Shown here: positions 54,455 through 64,000 of the stretch, in pieces
How positions within the stretch are numbered: position 1 is the first letter of the stretch
Layout: every line of letters starts with the position of its first letter
Source of the DNA: Oceanispirochaeta sp.
Lineage (GTDB): Bacteria > Spirochaetota > Spirochaetia > DSM-2461
Assembly (NCBI GenBank): GCA_963666275.2
Contig: CAXXOA010000001.1
Span: 1,824,001-1,888,000, forward strand
Length of the DNA: 64,000 bases
Direction of reading: 5' to 3'
Notes under the pieces: generated by a model
Databases searched by the model: none
What the model was told of the DNA's origin: nothing
What the model saw: the letters and a program-made list of their open reading frames with translations, nothing else
Translations under genes and position numbers: made by a program

Positions 54455-55707
54455 TCCTGCCGGGAGTGCTCCAGAGCTGCCAGCCTTTCTGAAAGTGCCG
54501 GATGACTGTAATGAAAAAAACTGTACGCCCTGTGTGGAGTGAGATTGCTCATATTGTCCACTCCCAGCTTCAGCAGGGCCCTTTTCATAGGTTCGGCGCC
54601 CTCAATCACATCCCGGGCAAATCGGTCTGCTTCATACTCATGCTTTCTAGACCAGCTGTTGCTGAGAGGAGAGAGGAGCAGACTGAAAGGGGAGAGACAG
54701 ATACTGAGAATCACCAGAATCGCATGGTATCCCGGCTCTGAAAAACCGAAAGCCCTGTACAGAGGAAGCCATCCCATGAGAGCATGTATGATAAAAAACA
54801 TTAGTCCCGTAGAGATAATCGAAAACAGAAGCCTTTTCAGTATATGTTTCCTTTTGTAATGTCCGATCTCATGGGCCAGAACCGCTTCCAGCTCATCGGT
54901 GCTTAAGGAATCGATAAGTGTATCAAAAAGGACAATCCTTCTGGCTTTCCCGAATCCTGTAAAATAGGCATTTGAATGCGAAGATCTTCTGCTGCCGTCC
55001 ATCATGAAGATTCCATTGGTCCTGAATCCTGTTTTTTCTGCCAGTTTCAGCAGACGTTCTTTCAGCTCTCCCTCTTCCAGAGGGGTAAACTTATTGAATA
55101 GAGGAGCAATGAGTACCGGGTAGAGAACCATCATGATAAACTGAAGGGCAATCAGAAAGGCTGTTGCGAATATCCACCAGAAATTTCCCGTTTTATCCAT
55201 AAAGAAGAAAAGTCCCAGAAGGAGGGGTACGGCAATCACAGGTGTTATGACTATCTGTTTGAGAAGATCTGTAAGATAGGTTTTCAATGCTGTTTTATTA
55301 AAATTATATTTCTCTTCGATATAAAACTGGGAATAGAGGGAAAAAGGAGCAGATACTGCGGAAAACAGAAGAGAGACGACAAATATATAGAGAATATTGT
55401 AAAGATAGCCCGGGGGGATTAAAGCGCTCAGAATCTGATCGATTCTCCCCAGCGAACCTGTAAAAACCATAACAATAAGGAATGCGGAAGAGACAAAAGC
55501 GGATATGAGGCCGAATCTTCCTTTTTCCAGGTTATAGGCCACCGTCACGTCATATTTTTCCTGAGAAAAGCTTTCCTGAAACTGGTCTGGAATTTTTTCC
55601 CTGTTCTTAAGGATATTTCCCATATTTATGACAGATAAAAACCAGGAAACCGTAAACTCAAGCAGAAACAGAATAAGATAAACAATTAAAATAAGGGTTG
55701 AAGACAT
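54445..55707 (-). CDS. M48 (Ste24-like) membrane metalloprotease
   Basis: DGSRRSSHSNAYFTG, AHEIGH, EYEAD, YSHP..ER. Confidence 0.92.
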   Translation of the reverse strand: MSSTLILIVYLILFLLEFTVSWFLSVINMGNILKNREKIPDQFQESFSQEKYDVTVAYNLEKGRFGLISAFVSSAFLIVMVFTGSLGRIDQILSALIPPGYLYNILYIFVVSLLFSAVSAPFSLYSQFYIEEKYNFNKTALKTYLTDLLKQIVITPVIAVPLLLGLFFFMDKTGNFWWIFATAFLIALQFIMMVLYPVLIAPLFNKFTPLEEGELKERLLKLAEKTGFRTNGIFMMDGSRRSSHSNAYFTGFGKARRIVLFDTLIDSLSTDELEAVLAHEIGHYKRKHILKRLLFSIISTGLMFFIIHALMGWLPLYRAFGFSEPGYHAILVILSICLSPFSLLLSPLSNSWSRKHEYEADRFARDVIEGAEPMKRALLKLGVDNMSNLTPHRAYSFFHYSHPALSERLAALEHSRQDQE

Positions 55708-55791
55708 TCTTTCCTCCCATAAAAGAGATACAGGATACCCTTTATTGCTTTAATTATGCAGAAAAGCGGGCTCCCATGTGGAATAATAAGC

Positions 55792-55821
55792 AAAAAAAAT
55801 CCCTGCCTGAAAGGCAGGGTT
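55792..55821 (-). terminator. Intrinsic terminator after the small Zn-ribbon gene
   Basis: CCCTGCC...GGCAGGG stem followed by a U-tract on the minus strand. Confidence 0.8.
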
Positions 55822-55838
55822 CAATGATAAAATGTAAA

Positions 55839-56033
55839 TTAAAGAGCGGCAATCGCTTCTTTCATTTTACCTTTAGCAACAGCAGAATTGCACTGTTTGC
55901 AGATAGTTACTTTTTTACCATCAAAATCCTGTTCGTAGACAGTTTTAATGGATGTTCTTTTACAGAGAGGGCAAGTTCCTCTTCCGCTCTTTACCTGATC
56001 ACGAATTCCACTGCCTCTGTGAGCTTTAGACAT
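55839..56033 (-). CDS. Small basic Zn-ribbon protein (64 aa)
   Basis: TAAGGAG SD, CPLC..CKQC, Lys/Arg-rich, own promoter-like TTGACT-17 nt-TATATT and terminator. Confidence 0.8.
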   Translation of the reverse strand: MSKAHRGSGIRDQVKSGRGTCPLCKRTSIKTVYEQDFDGKKVTICKQCNSAVAKGKMKEAIAAL

Positions 56034-56117
56034 ACAATCTCCTTAAAGCACAAATGCCGGTATTTAACTTACAGAAATATATAGAGAGGTTTCTAAAAAG
56101 TCAATCCTGTTAAGGCT

Positions 56118-57392
56118 TTAGAAATATAAAACTGAACTAATTGAGAGCTCCCTTTCACTGAAATCATGAATATTCACGCCGTAATCCAGATTTATCTGAA
56201 CATTCGGGATGGGATAGGGAAAAATCGTTGCGGAAAAACCAGCAGTAAAAAGCATATCGTTCCGGTAGAACAGCTCATTTGTGTCTCCCACATACCCCAT
56301 ATCCAGAAAAGGAGAGATGTGGACATCAGTAATATAGGGAATTTTTATTACAGGTATGACAAAATTCTGATTCCAGAAAAAACCTCTGTTTCCCGTCAGT
56401 TTGTAGTCCAGGATCCCCCTGAGACGATCTCCTGATTTCTCTCTGTATCCATTGAAATAGTAAAAGCCGCTGACTCTGCTGTTGTAATTGAAGACAGGCG
56501 TGTACATATAGGTGGTGAGAATCCCGTCGTTCCAGAAGACAACTTCATTACTTGTGGACTGATAATTGATTCCGCTCTCAAGAGAGGCTGTGATCCCCTG
56601 CCTGAGATTTCCGATCCAGTTAACATGATCATATAGAATTTTCTGACTGATAGCGGGAATGATGCCCCGTTCCTGAAAATAGCGGTTTTTTTTTCCTGTA
56701 TTGTTTATCTTAAAGTCATAACTGTAGGGAAAGTAGATTATGGGAGTGACCACATAATCCAGAAATCCCAGGACATCAAACTGAAAGTCCGTATCAAAAA
56801 TAGTTTTGATATAGCTGTACTGAAGGTTGAGTTTCCCCTCTTCGTCAACCGCCCGGATGGTCTCCCAGAGCTGGGTAAAACGGACGTCCATATCAAAGCT
56901 TCCTATCCTCAATCCTTCCATAGCCGATGACAGTTCTGATTTCAGTGGAGAATAGTATCCCCTGAGACTCAGATCTGTCAGAGTGCCCAGAAAATTCCTA
57001 TAATAGAGATTCAGACCTGTAATCATTCCGTAGTTTGTGTCGTATGTATAAATGGGAATGGGATAAATATTCCAGGCCTCCTCCAGGGAGACAAAAATTT
57101 GCAGCGCATTATACCCGCTGGAATCATCAAGAACAGCATAATCAATTTTGACAGATTTGAAAATTTTCTTATTGATAAGCCCCTGTTTCTGCTCTCTCAG
57201 ATACTCCTCAAGTGATATTTTGTCATTGAAAATATTCTGGGTATCCCAGTCGAGAAATGCATTGAGGGAAGACTGGCGGACAATGCCGTCAATCTCATTG
57301 GTGACAGTCTGAATCTTGTACTTATCTGAATCGGCCGCAAGCGGGAGGAGGATTGTGAGCAGAAGTAAAAGAAGAATTTTCAGAGATTTCAC
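56118..57392 (-). CDS. Omp85-superfamily-like outer-membrane beta-barrel with one POTRA-like domain
   Basis: Signal peptide, VSLEEAWNIYPIP junction, aromatic-rich beta strands, RLRGI (VRGY-like lid motif), terminal Phe. Confidence 0.65.
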   Translation of the reverse strand: MKSLKILLLLLLTILLPLAADSDKYKIQTVTNEIDGIVRQSSLNAFLDWDTQNIFNDKISLEEYLREQKQGLINKKIFKSVKIDYAVLDDSSGYNALQIFVSLEEAWNIYPIPIYTYDTNYGMITGLNLYYRNFLGTLTDLSLRGYYSPLKSELSSAMEGLRIGSFDMDVRFTQLWETIRAVDEEGKLNLQYSYIKTIFDTDFQFDVLGFLDYVVTPIIYFPYSYDFKINNTGKKNRYFQERGIIPAISQKILYDHVNWIGNLRQGITASLESGINYQSTSNEVVFWNDGILTTYMYTPVFNYNSRVSGFYYFNGYREKSGDRLRGILDYKLTGNRGFFWNQNFVIPVIKIPYITDVHISPFLDMGYVGDTNELFYRNDMLFTAGFSATIFPYPIPNVQINLDYGVNIHDFSERELSISSVLYF

Positions 57393-57523
57393 ATTTTTAT
57401 AATAAACTTCAAAGCTGTCCGGTGAAAAGTCCTTTCTCAGTTTTGGTATCGGGAACTTTAAAAAAAAAGTTTTCCCGGAGAGACTCTGAAAGAGTTCTAT
57501 TGCAGGGCTGATTTTTTCTGTTT

Positions 57524-58312
57524 ATGATACAGAATATGTTCGAAACGATCGGTTGGTGGTTTAGAAAAAAAATCCAGAGCTTTCTCTACGGGTTTAATTT
57601 TTTCCTCTTTCTTCTAAAAGAAACAGCCCATTTCCCCTGGAATAAACGGGTAGGATTTAAAGTTCTGATCATGCAGATCTATTTTACCGGTGTGGAAGCC
57701 CTTTCTGTCATTGCCCTCATATCCCTGGGTATCGGAGCTGTTATCATCATACAGGGCGTGGCGATCCTCCCCATGTTCGGACAGGGCTCTCTCATGTATT
57801 CCATTCTCATTATGATTATTACAAGAGAGCTGGGACCCTTGCTGACAGCTTTTATCATTACAGCCCGATCGGGCAGCGCCATAACTACCGAGCTGGGGAA
57901 TATGGTAATATCCCATGAAATGGAAGCCTATATGTCCATTGGCCTTCACCCCATCTCCTACCTGGGAGTTCCTAGGCTGTACGGGGTGGTTCTGGCCATG
58001 CTCTTTTTAAATATCTACTTCAACCTTTTCGGTCTGATGGGGTCCTATATTGTGGCATCCTTTATTCACAGTATCCCTTTTGATGAATATACATTCAATC
58101 TGATACAGGCCCTGACTATGGAGGATATACTTTCGGCTTTGCTGAAAAGCATCGTCTTCGGAATCATTGTTGCGGTGGTATCCATCTATTATGGATTTGA
58201 TGTCAACAGAGCCGTAACAGAAGTTCCCCAGAAAACGATCAAATCCATCGGAACAAGCATCACCCTCTGCATCCTGGCAGATGCGGTGATCGTCGTTCTG
58301 ACAAGGATGTAA
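57524..58312 (+). CDS. mlaE: MlaE-family ABC permease
   Basis: QIYFTGVEAL, RELGPLLTA, ARSGSAITTELG. Confidence 0.9.
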   Translation: MIQNMFETIGWWFRKKIQSFLYGFNFFLFLLKETAHFPWNKRVGFKVLIMQIYFTGVEALSVIALISLGIGAVIIIQGVAILPMFGQGSLMYSILIMIITRELGPLLTAFIITARSGSAITTELGNMVISHEMEAYMSIGLHPISYLGVPRLYGVVLAMLFLNIYFNLFGLMGSYIVASFIHSIPFDEYTFNLIQALTMEDILSALLKSIVFGIIVAVVSIYYGFDVNRAVTEVPQKTIKSIGTSITLCILADAVIVVLTRM

Positions 58313-58323
58313 AGGAGAGTGGT

Positions 58324-59088
58324 GTGAACTGGAATGAGGTCCCTGTGATTCTGGAGGATGTTTCGGTTACAGATGACAGAACTGTCATTCTTAATAATAT
58401 TTCTCTCGAATTTGTCCCGGGAAAAGTCACTGTGATCATGGGAACCTCGGGCTGCGGTAAATCCACCGCCCTCAAAGCGGCGGCAGGACTGATCCCCATA
58501 TCCAGAGGAACTGTAAAATACGGCGACATGAAGCTGTACAAACTAAACCAGAAAGATTTTGCCATGGTTCAGAAACACACAGGTTTCATGTTTCAGGACG
58601 GGGCTCTCTGGGCCAATAAAAATCTTTATGACAACCTGTCGCTGCCTCTGATTATTTCAGAGCCGGAAATTGATAAGGAAACCCTGGACAGAAAAGTCCG
58701 GGAGCTTCTCTCCTCTTTTCAGATGGAAGGAGAGATCATGAGCCGGCCTGTGGCCCTATCGGCGGGAGAGAAGAAGATCATCTCTTTTCTCAGAGCCATC
58801 ATTTCTGATCCACAGATCCTTTTTATGGATGAGCCGACCACCTACATAGACAGGAAAAGCACACTTCTTCTTATTAAAAAGATATTTCAGTTTAAAAAAG
58901 AGGGCAAAACAATTGTCCTTGTCACTCACGACCTGACACTGGCCAGGAGTCTGGCAGATTACTTTATTTTTCTCCACCAGGGAAATATCATTATTAATGA
59001 TACTCTTTCCAATGCCATGAAATCTGAAAATGAGCTGCTGAGAAGCTTCATTGAAGACCAGTCTCCGGATGGAGGAACCAGAGAATGA
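58324..59088 (+). CDS. mlaF: MlaF-family ABC ATPase
   Basis: GTSGCGKST, FQDGAL, LSAGE, FMDEPT, VTHD. Confidence 0.85.
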   Translation: MNWNEVPVILEDVSVTDDRTVILNNISLEFVPGKVTVIMGTSGCGKSTALKAAAGLIPISRGTVKYGDMKLYKLNQKDFAMVQKHTGFMFQDGALWANKNLYDNLSLPLIISEPEIDKETLDRKVRELLSSFQMEGEIMSRPVALSAGEKKIISFLRAIISDPQILFMDEPTTYIDRKSTLLLIKKIFQFKKEGKTIVLVTHDLTLARSLADYFIFLHQGNIIINDTLSNAMKSENELLRSFIEDQSPDGGTRE

Positions 59089-59122
59089 ACAGGATAATTC
59101 TAATTGTTACAGGATGGGCTTT

Positions 59123-60163
59123 ATGAAATTCGGATTCAGACATGCAGATAAATTTGTCGGACTTTTTGTCCTGATTGCCATGGTTTTCATTACGGCATCT
59201 GTAGTTGTCACGGGAGTCAATAAAAGATGGTTCGCCAGGGACTATGAATTTTTCTCCCGTTTTAATACGGCGTCCGGTCTGAGCGTGGGAATGCCTGTGA
59301 AGCTCCGGGGATTTGAAATAGGAAAAGTGGAGAGGATCACTCTCAATGAAAAAAATCAGGTGGATATAACCTTTGTTATTTATGATACCTATATTGATAA
59401 AGTCGTGGAAAATTCCATGATAGAGTTATCCTCCAATCCCCTGATGGGGGGCGGATTGAATTTCTACCCCGGAAAAGATTCCCAGACAGGCATACCTGAA
59501 TTCAGCTTTATACACTCCAACCATACCGAAAGAGGCAGGGAACTCCTGGCATCCCAGCTTGTGGATAAACCGGCAGGAACCGACCCTATAAGCGATATAC
59601 TGGGGAATGTTGATCCTATTCTCAAGGATCTGGACGGACTGCTCCTCTCCATGTCGGGTATACTGAACACTCTTGACGGGGCTCTTCTCGGAGATACCCG
59701 CAGCCCTGTCGGGGGGATGCTCCTGAATCTGGAAGGCACAACAGCCGCAGTAAACACTGTTTTCCCTGTGGTGGAAGCGATCATGAAAGATGTGGACAGC
59801 ATGACAACCTCACTGTCACTCCTTATGAAAGAGCTGGAAGATCCTACGGGGATTGTACCCAAACTGATAGACCCCACAGGGACACTGGATACAATTTTTC
59901 ATGATGACAATGTTCTGTTTGAGCAGATTGTAACCATCCTTGAGGATGTTCATGCCAACCTCGCGAATCTGGCAGTTCTGACAGACGATCTGAAAGGTAT
60001 CACTCCGGAATTGAATGCTGTACTGAATGAGGCATCCGGCGCATTACGGGAAGGGGAAAAAGTCCTGGAAGGACTGTCCAACAATCCGATCCTGCGGAAA
60101 GGCATCAGTCAGGATGTGGATGCTTCTTTTCAGCAGACGACCCTAAGGGATGAGGAATTCTAA
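59123..60163 (+). CDS. mlaD: MlaD/MCE-family protein with a long helical extension
   Basis: N-terminal TM, SGLSVGMPVKLRGFEIGKV MCE motif; start could also be 59114. Confidence 0.85.
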   Translation: MKFGFRHADKFVGLFVLIAMVFITASVVVTGVNKRWFARDYEFFSRFNTASGLSVGMPVKLRGFEIGKVERITLNEKNQVDITFVIYDTYIDKVVENSMIELSSNPLMGGGLNFYPGKDSQTGIPEFSFIHSNHTERGRELLASQLVDKPAGTDPISDILGNVDPILKDLDGLLLSMSGILNTLDGALLGDTRSPVGGMLLNLEGTTAAVNTVFPVVEAIMKDVDSMTTSLSLLMKELEDPTGIVPKLIDPTGTLDTIFHDDNVLFEQIVTILEDVHANLANLAVLTDDLKGITPELNAVLNEASGALREGEKVLEGLSNNPILRKGISQDVDASFQQTTLRDEEF

Positions 60164-60165
60164 AA

Positions 60166-61068
60166 ATGAAAAAAAGCGCTTTACTCTTTATAACGACCCT
60201 GATTTTTTTCTCAGCCTGTTCTTCCATGCCGAAAGATGAAAAGGCTCAGCTTGTCACCACGGGACGAACCCAGAGCGCTCTCCAGCTGGAGAGAGGAAAC
60301 AATGAATACCGCTGGAACAACTATGAATCAGCTCTGAATCTCTACAATAAAGCTCTGGCTTCTGCTTCCGCCGTAGACTGGCAGGAAGGGATCATCCGGA
60401 GTTTTGTGCAGATAAGCAGGACTCTGGATCAGTTGAACCGGCCTGATGAGGCATTTACCTATGTGGAACTGGCTTCACAGCTTCTGGAGGGACTGGATTC
60501 TCCGGTCCTTCAGGTTCTTGTCATTAACAGACGCAGTGAATGGAGTCTATTCCAGGAAAACATGGAAGAGGCTCTGTCTATTATTGAGACAGCCATAGAA
60601 GAGGGAGAAAAGATTTCCACCGAAGAAGCAGGGGAATCATGGAGAATCAAAGCGGCTATTCTGAAAAGAATGGATCAGTTTTATTTGGCTCTGGAAGCGG
60701 TGGAGGAAGCAGAACAGATAGACAGCAAAGGTCCCTATCTGGCGGAACTGGCCAGTGATTACTATATCAAAGGTTCTCTTCATTCTGTGATGGGAAACTA
60801 TCCTGAAGCTGTTAAAAATATGGAAAAAGCTCTCGAAAAAGATAAATTCATAGAAAATTCCGCCGGAATTGCTTTAGACCTTTTCGGTTTATCCCGTATT
60901 TATGAAAAATCCGGTGATATTGAGATGTCACAGTTGTATCTTAAAAGGCTTTATCTTGTAAATCTCTATGCAAACCCGGGGACTGTCCCTGAAAAGCTTC
61001 TTCAAAATGAAAATTCTCAGCCTGAACTGACAGAATGGACATCCCTTTTCGAAACAGGGCAAAACTAA
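60166..61068 (+). CDS. TPR lipoprotein
   Basis: FSAC lipobox; repeated TPR-like helices. Confidence 0.8.
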   Translation: MKKSALLFITTLIFFSACSSMPKDEKAQLVTTGRTQSALQLERGNNEYRWNNYESALNLYNKALASASAVDWQEGIIRSFVQISRTLDQLNRPDEAFTYVELASQLLEGLDSPVLQVLVINRRSEWSLFQENMEEALSIIETAIEEGEKISTEEAGESWRIKAAILKRMDQFYLALEAVEEAEQIDSKGPYLAELASDYYIKGSLHSVMGNYPEAVKNMEKALEKDKFIENSAGIALDLFGLSRIYEKSGDIEMSQLYLKRLYLVNLYANPGTVPEKLLQNENSQPELTEWTSLFETGQN

Positions 61069-61150
61069 ACACAACTGAATTTCTCTTGTAAGAATGAAAT
61101 AACTTCGATAAAATACCAGCAACACAAATACTATCAAAAAGGATTAGGAT

Positions 61151-63310
61151 ATGCTTGGATTTATCGTAATCGTTGTACTGGGAGCACTGGCATTTGCCGC
61201 TCTCAACTACAGCGCTGTGAAGAAAAAGGATGCCGGTACAGATCAGATGAAGGTCATTGCCGGAGCTATCCAGGAAGGCGCAGACGCTTTCCTTCGTCAT
61301 GAGTACAAACTGATACTGAAAATTGTCATTATCATTGCCGTACTCCTGTTGGTTGTTGTTTCATGGTATGCGGCGGTAGCCTTTATCATCGGAACAATCA
61401 TGAGCGCCAGTGCGGGATGGATCGGAATGAAGATTGCCACCATTGCCAATGTACGGGTATCAAACACTGCCAGAGAAACAAAAAGCATCGGAGCAACCCT
61501 CAAGGTGGCTTTTCAGGGCGGAAGTGTTATGGGTCTTTCTGTGGGCGGCTTCTCACTGCTGGGCCTGGCAATTATCTATTTTGTATTCGGAAAAGCACTG
61601 GGGCAGATTCATACGGATCATCTTGTGATCAAAGTCAACTGGCTCGGAATCAGCGACATTCCCTTTACCATGACCGTTTCCGGTTATGCCCTGGGATGTT
61701 CCATTATCGCCATGTTTAACAGGGTCGGCGGCGGTATCTATACCAAAGCGGCAGACATGGGTGCAGACCTTGTAGGAAAGACCGAAGCAGGAATTCCTGA
61801 AGACGACCCCCGTAACCCCGCCACAATTGCCGACAATGTAGGAGACAATGTGGGAGATGTGGCGGGACTCGGATCGGATCTCCTTGAGAGTTTTGTAGGA
61901 GCTATTATTTCCGCCATTGTTCTTGCTGCCTATATTTTCTTTTCTTCCAGCCACTCGGGAAACCCTGTTTCTGAAAAGCTTGTAGAGAAACTGATCACCT
62001 TTCCCATACTGTTTGCCGCGGCCGGTCTTGTATCATCCATGCTGGGTGTATTCATCCTGCTGAAGAGTAAAGTTTCCGACAAACCCCATAAAGAGCTCAA
62101 TAAGGCTACGTTCATAGCAGCCGGTTTTACCATTGTTATCAACGGGGTTCTCACATATTTTTATTTCAACGGAATCGAAGTCGTCTCCGCAGGATTCAAA
62201 ATGGGGATCCTTTCTCCCTGGATCTGCGCCGTACTGGGTGTTGTCTCAGGAATTCTGATCGGACAGCTGGCGGAAAGATATACAAGTTACGATTATAAAC
62301 CTACCAAAGGAATCTCTGCGGCCTCTCAGGAGGGTGCGGCACTGACCATCACACAGGGAATGGCTGTGGGGATGAAGTCTGTGATTGCTCCGGTTATAGC
62401 CCTGGGTGTGGCTATCATTGCTGCTCATTCGGTGGCCGGGCTTTATGGTGTTGCCATGGCCGCCATCGGGATGCTCTCTTTTGTTACCATGACTGTATCT
62501 GTAGACACCTACGGTCCCATTGCCGACAATGCCGGCGGGATCAGTGAGATGGCTCATCTGGATCCTGAAGTCCGGGAAATCACTGATGAGCTTGATGCGG
62601 TTGGTAATACTACGGCCGCTATCGGAAAAGGTTTTGCCATAGGAAGTGCAGCCCTGGCGGCTCTTTCCCTTTTTGCATCCTATCTGTATGCCCAGGCGGG
62701 TGAAGCCGCAGCCGATGGAATCAATCTGGTTCTGAACATGATCAATACCATGACTCTGGCAGGTGCTCTTGTCGGGGCGGCCTTGCCCTATCTGTTTTCC
62801 GGAATCCTTATCGAAGCTGTGGCCAATGCGGCCCGGAGCATGGTTCAGGAAGTAAGACGACAGTTTCATGAGATGCCCGGAATTCTGACTGGGGAGGAAA
62901 CACCCGATTACAGGCAGTGTATTTCCATCTCCTCTGCCGGAGCGCTGAGAGAGATGAAACTGCCGGCTCTTGTATCGGTTGTGACCCCCCTTGCCAGCGG
63001 TTTTATTTTCGGCCCCGAATTTGTCGGCGGTCTGCTGATCGGAACAACCCTCAGTGCTATTATGCTGGCACTCTATACGGCCAATGCCGGCGGTGCCTGG
63101 GATAATGCAAAAAAATATATTGAGAATGGCCACTTCGGCGGAAAAGGTTCGGATGCCCATAGTGCGGCTGTTGTCGGCGACACCGTGGGAGATCCTCTGA
63201 AAGATACAGTGGGCCCCTCACTGGATATTCTCATTAAAATAATGTCCGTTATCTCTCTTATTTCGGTTTCCATTTTTGGAAAGTTCAACCTATTTTCTTT
63301 GCTCCAGTAA
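61151..63310 (+). CDS. hppA: Membrane-bound ion-translocating pyrophosphatase (K+-dependent, probably Na+-pumping)
   Basis: GGGIYTKAADMGADLVGK, DNVGDNVGD, GSDLLES, GNTTAA (Ala variant = K+-dependent), GGAWDNAKK. Confidence 0.95.
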   Translation: MLGFIVIVVLGALAFAALNYSAVKKKDAGTDQMKVIAGAIQEGADAFLRHEYKLILKIVIIIAVLLLVVVSWYAAVAFIIGTIMSASAGWIGMKIATIANVRVSNTARETKSIGATLKVAFQGGSVMGLSVGGFSLLGLAIIYFVFGKALGQIHTDHLVIKVNWLGISDIPFTMTVSGYALGCSIIAMFNRVGGGIYTKAADMGADLVGKTEAGIPEDDPRNPATIADNVGDNVGDVAGLGSDLLESFVGAIISAIVLAAYIFFSSSHSGNPVSEKLVEKLITFPILFAAAGLVSSMLGVFILLKSKVSDKPHKELNKATFIAAGFTIVINGVLTYFYFNGIEVVSAGFKMGILSPWICAVLGVVSGILIGQLAERYTSYDYKPTKGISAASQEGAALTITQGMAVGMKSVIAPVIALGVAIIAAHSVAGLYGVAMAAIGMLSFVTMTVSVDTYGPIADNAGGISEMAHLDPEVREITDELDAVGNTTAAIGKGFAIGSAALAALSLFASYLYAQAGEAAADGINLVLNMINTMTLAGALVGAALPYLFSGILIEAVANAARSMVQEVRRQFHEMPGILTGEETPDYRQCISISSAGALREMKLPALVSVVTPLASGFIFGPEFVGGLLIGTTLSAIMLALYTANAGGAWDNAKKYIENGHFGGKGSDAHSAAVVGDTVGDPLKDTVGPSLDILIKIMSVISLISVSIFGKFNLFSLLQ

Positions 63311-63346
63311 GCAGGGAAAGACTATAATTGAAATAGGAGTTCTATT

Positions 63347-64000
63347 ATGACAGTACATTATTATATGACAGTTTTTCCTATGGAAGCATTGATAGCCTCT
63401 CAGCTTGAGCCGGAACAGTTCGGTTCCTATATGGCTCTGGGCAGCAAAAAAGCGGCTGCTGAGCAATTGATGTTCATTGAAGTGGCCGGCGGTTTCGGAT
63501 CCTTTTTTGACTGGGATTTCGCAGACAGAAAATGTGTTCCCCATTCTGACGGCAGGTTAAAGAATTCATTGTACCTCAGTACATACCGGGTCCTTGAGAA
63601 TGTCCCCCTGAGTGCCATGGGTTCACTGTATCTTGTAACAAAAGACGGAAGATCCCTCAAACTGGATAAATCAGAATATAAAGCTCCGGAAAACTGGATT
63701 GGTTATGCACTTTACAGGGAGTATGCCCCCATGTCGCCTCTTGCAGTCAGTACCCTTGATCCCAAGAATTACGGGGAATATATGACTGAGACAGGCAATA
63801 AGGTCCATGTCCCTGCTATTTTCTTTGCCGATCTTAAAATCGGTAATATTGATGATATTGAAAACAGCGGAAATGTGGGCCAAATTTATGATAAAAATCT
63901 GGCCCATCTGAAAGACTGCATCACATCTCTTCAGTCCGGGAAGGGAAAGATGACAAAGATTGTAGACAGGTCCAATTTCAATTCTTCTTTCTACCAGATC
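63347..64000 (+). CDS. Hypothetical protein, truncated by the window end
   Basis: AGGAG SD, ATG 63347, open frame MTVHYYMTVFPMEALIASQLEPEQFGSYMALG... to the end of the window; absent from the ORF track because it has no stop. Confidence 0.75.
   Translation, partial: MTVHYYMTVFPMEALIASQLEPEQFGSYMALGSKKAAAEQLMFIEVAGGFGSFFDWDFADRKCVPHSDGRLKNSLYLSTYRVLENVPLSAMGSLYLVTKDGRSLKLDKSEYKAPENWIGYALYREYAPMSPLAVSTLDPKNYGEYMTETGNKVHVPAIFFADLKIGNIDDIENSGNVGQIYDKNLAHLKDCITSLQSGKGKMTKIVDRSNFNSSFYQI

Noticed and set aside
62246..63160. Long antisense ORFs (e.g. 62246-63160, 52409-53239, 14261-15013, 19966-20697, 3270-3956)
   Set aside because: They lie opposite well-supported genes and have no recognisable motifs; typical shadow ORFs
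1..64000. Mobile elements, prophage, defence systems, CRISPR, rRNA
   Set aside because: No such genes or repeat arrays recognised; nearly all of the sequence is accounted for by housekeeping-type genes

Overview
64-kb window of core bacterial chromosome, densely coding, with no transposase, integrase, prophage or CRISPR array seen. Gene content (P83/100 antigen, spirochaete-type CheY and two-domain Ndk, PyrB-PyrI fusion, stand-alone groES) points to a Spirochaetota anaerobe; this is inferred from recognised motifs, not from a database search. The window holds a bat (DUF58/vWA/TPR) operon, dsbD, ndk, lysC, a JAB-DinG helicase, groES, an RpoS-like sigma factor, ppdK, an ABC-F, rex, pyrBI, PBP1A, a cNMP/Crp pair plus PilZ, tRNA-Thr(CGT), dapL, folC, an atypical HisD homologue, an nrdR-nrdD-nrdG operon, serC-Lrp-DUF1015, an Omp85-type barrel divergent from mlaEFD, and a membrane pyrophosphatase. 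The strongest candidate for an undescribed system is a split class III ribonucleotide reductase. Its large NrdD gene stops right after the Zn site, and the glycyl-radical loop (YSRIVGYY) is encoded on a separate small gene with its own Shine-Dalgarno. That small protein carries an N-terminal coiled-coil-like helix and a fused CPNC thioredoxin-like domain. Also notable are a sigma54 promoter with a candidate enhancer in front of the RpoS-like sigma gene, a HisD paralogue with altered metal and substrate ligands, and a frameshift in a GA repeat of the DUF58 gene.
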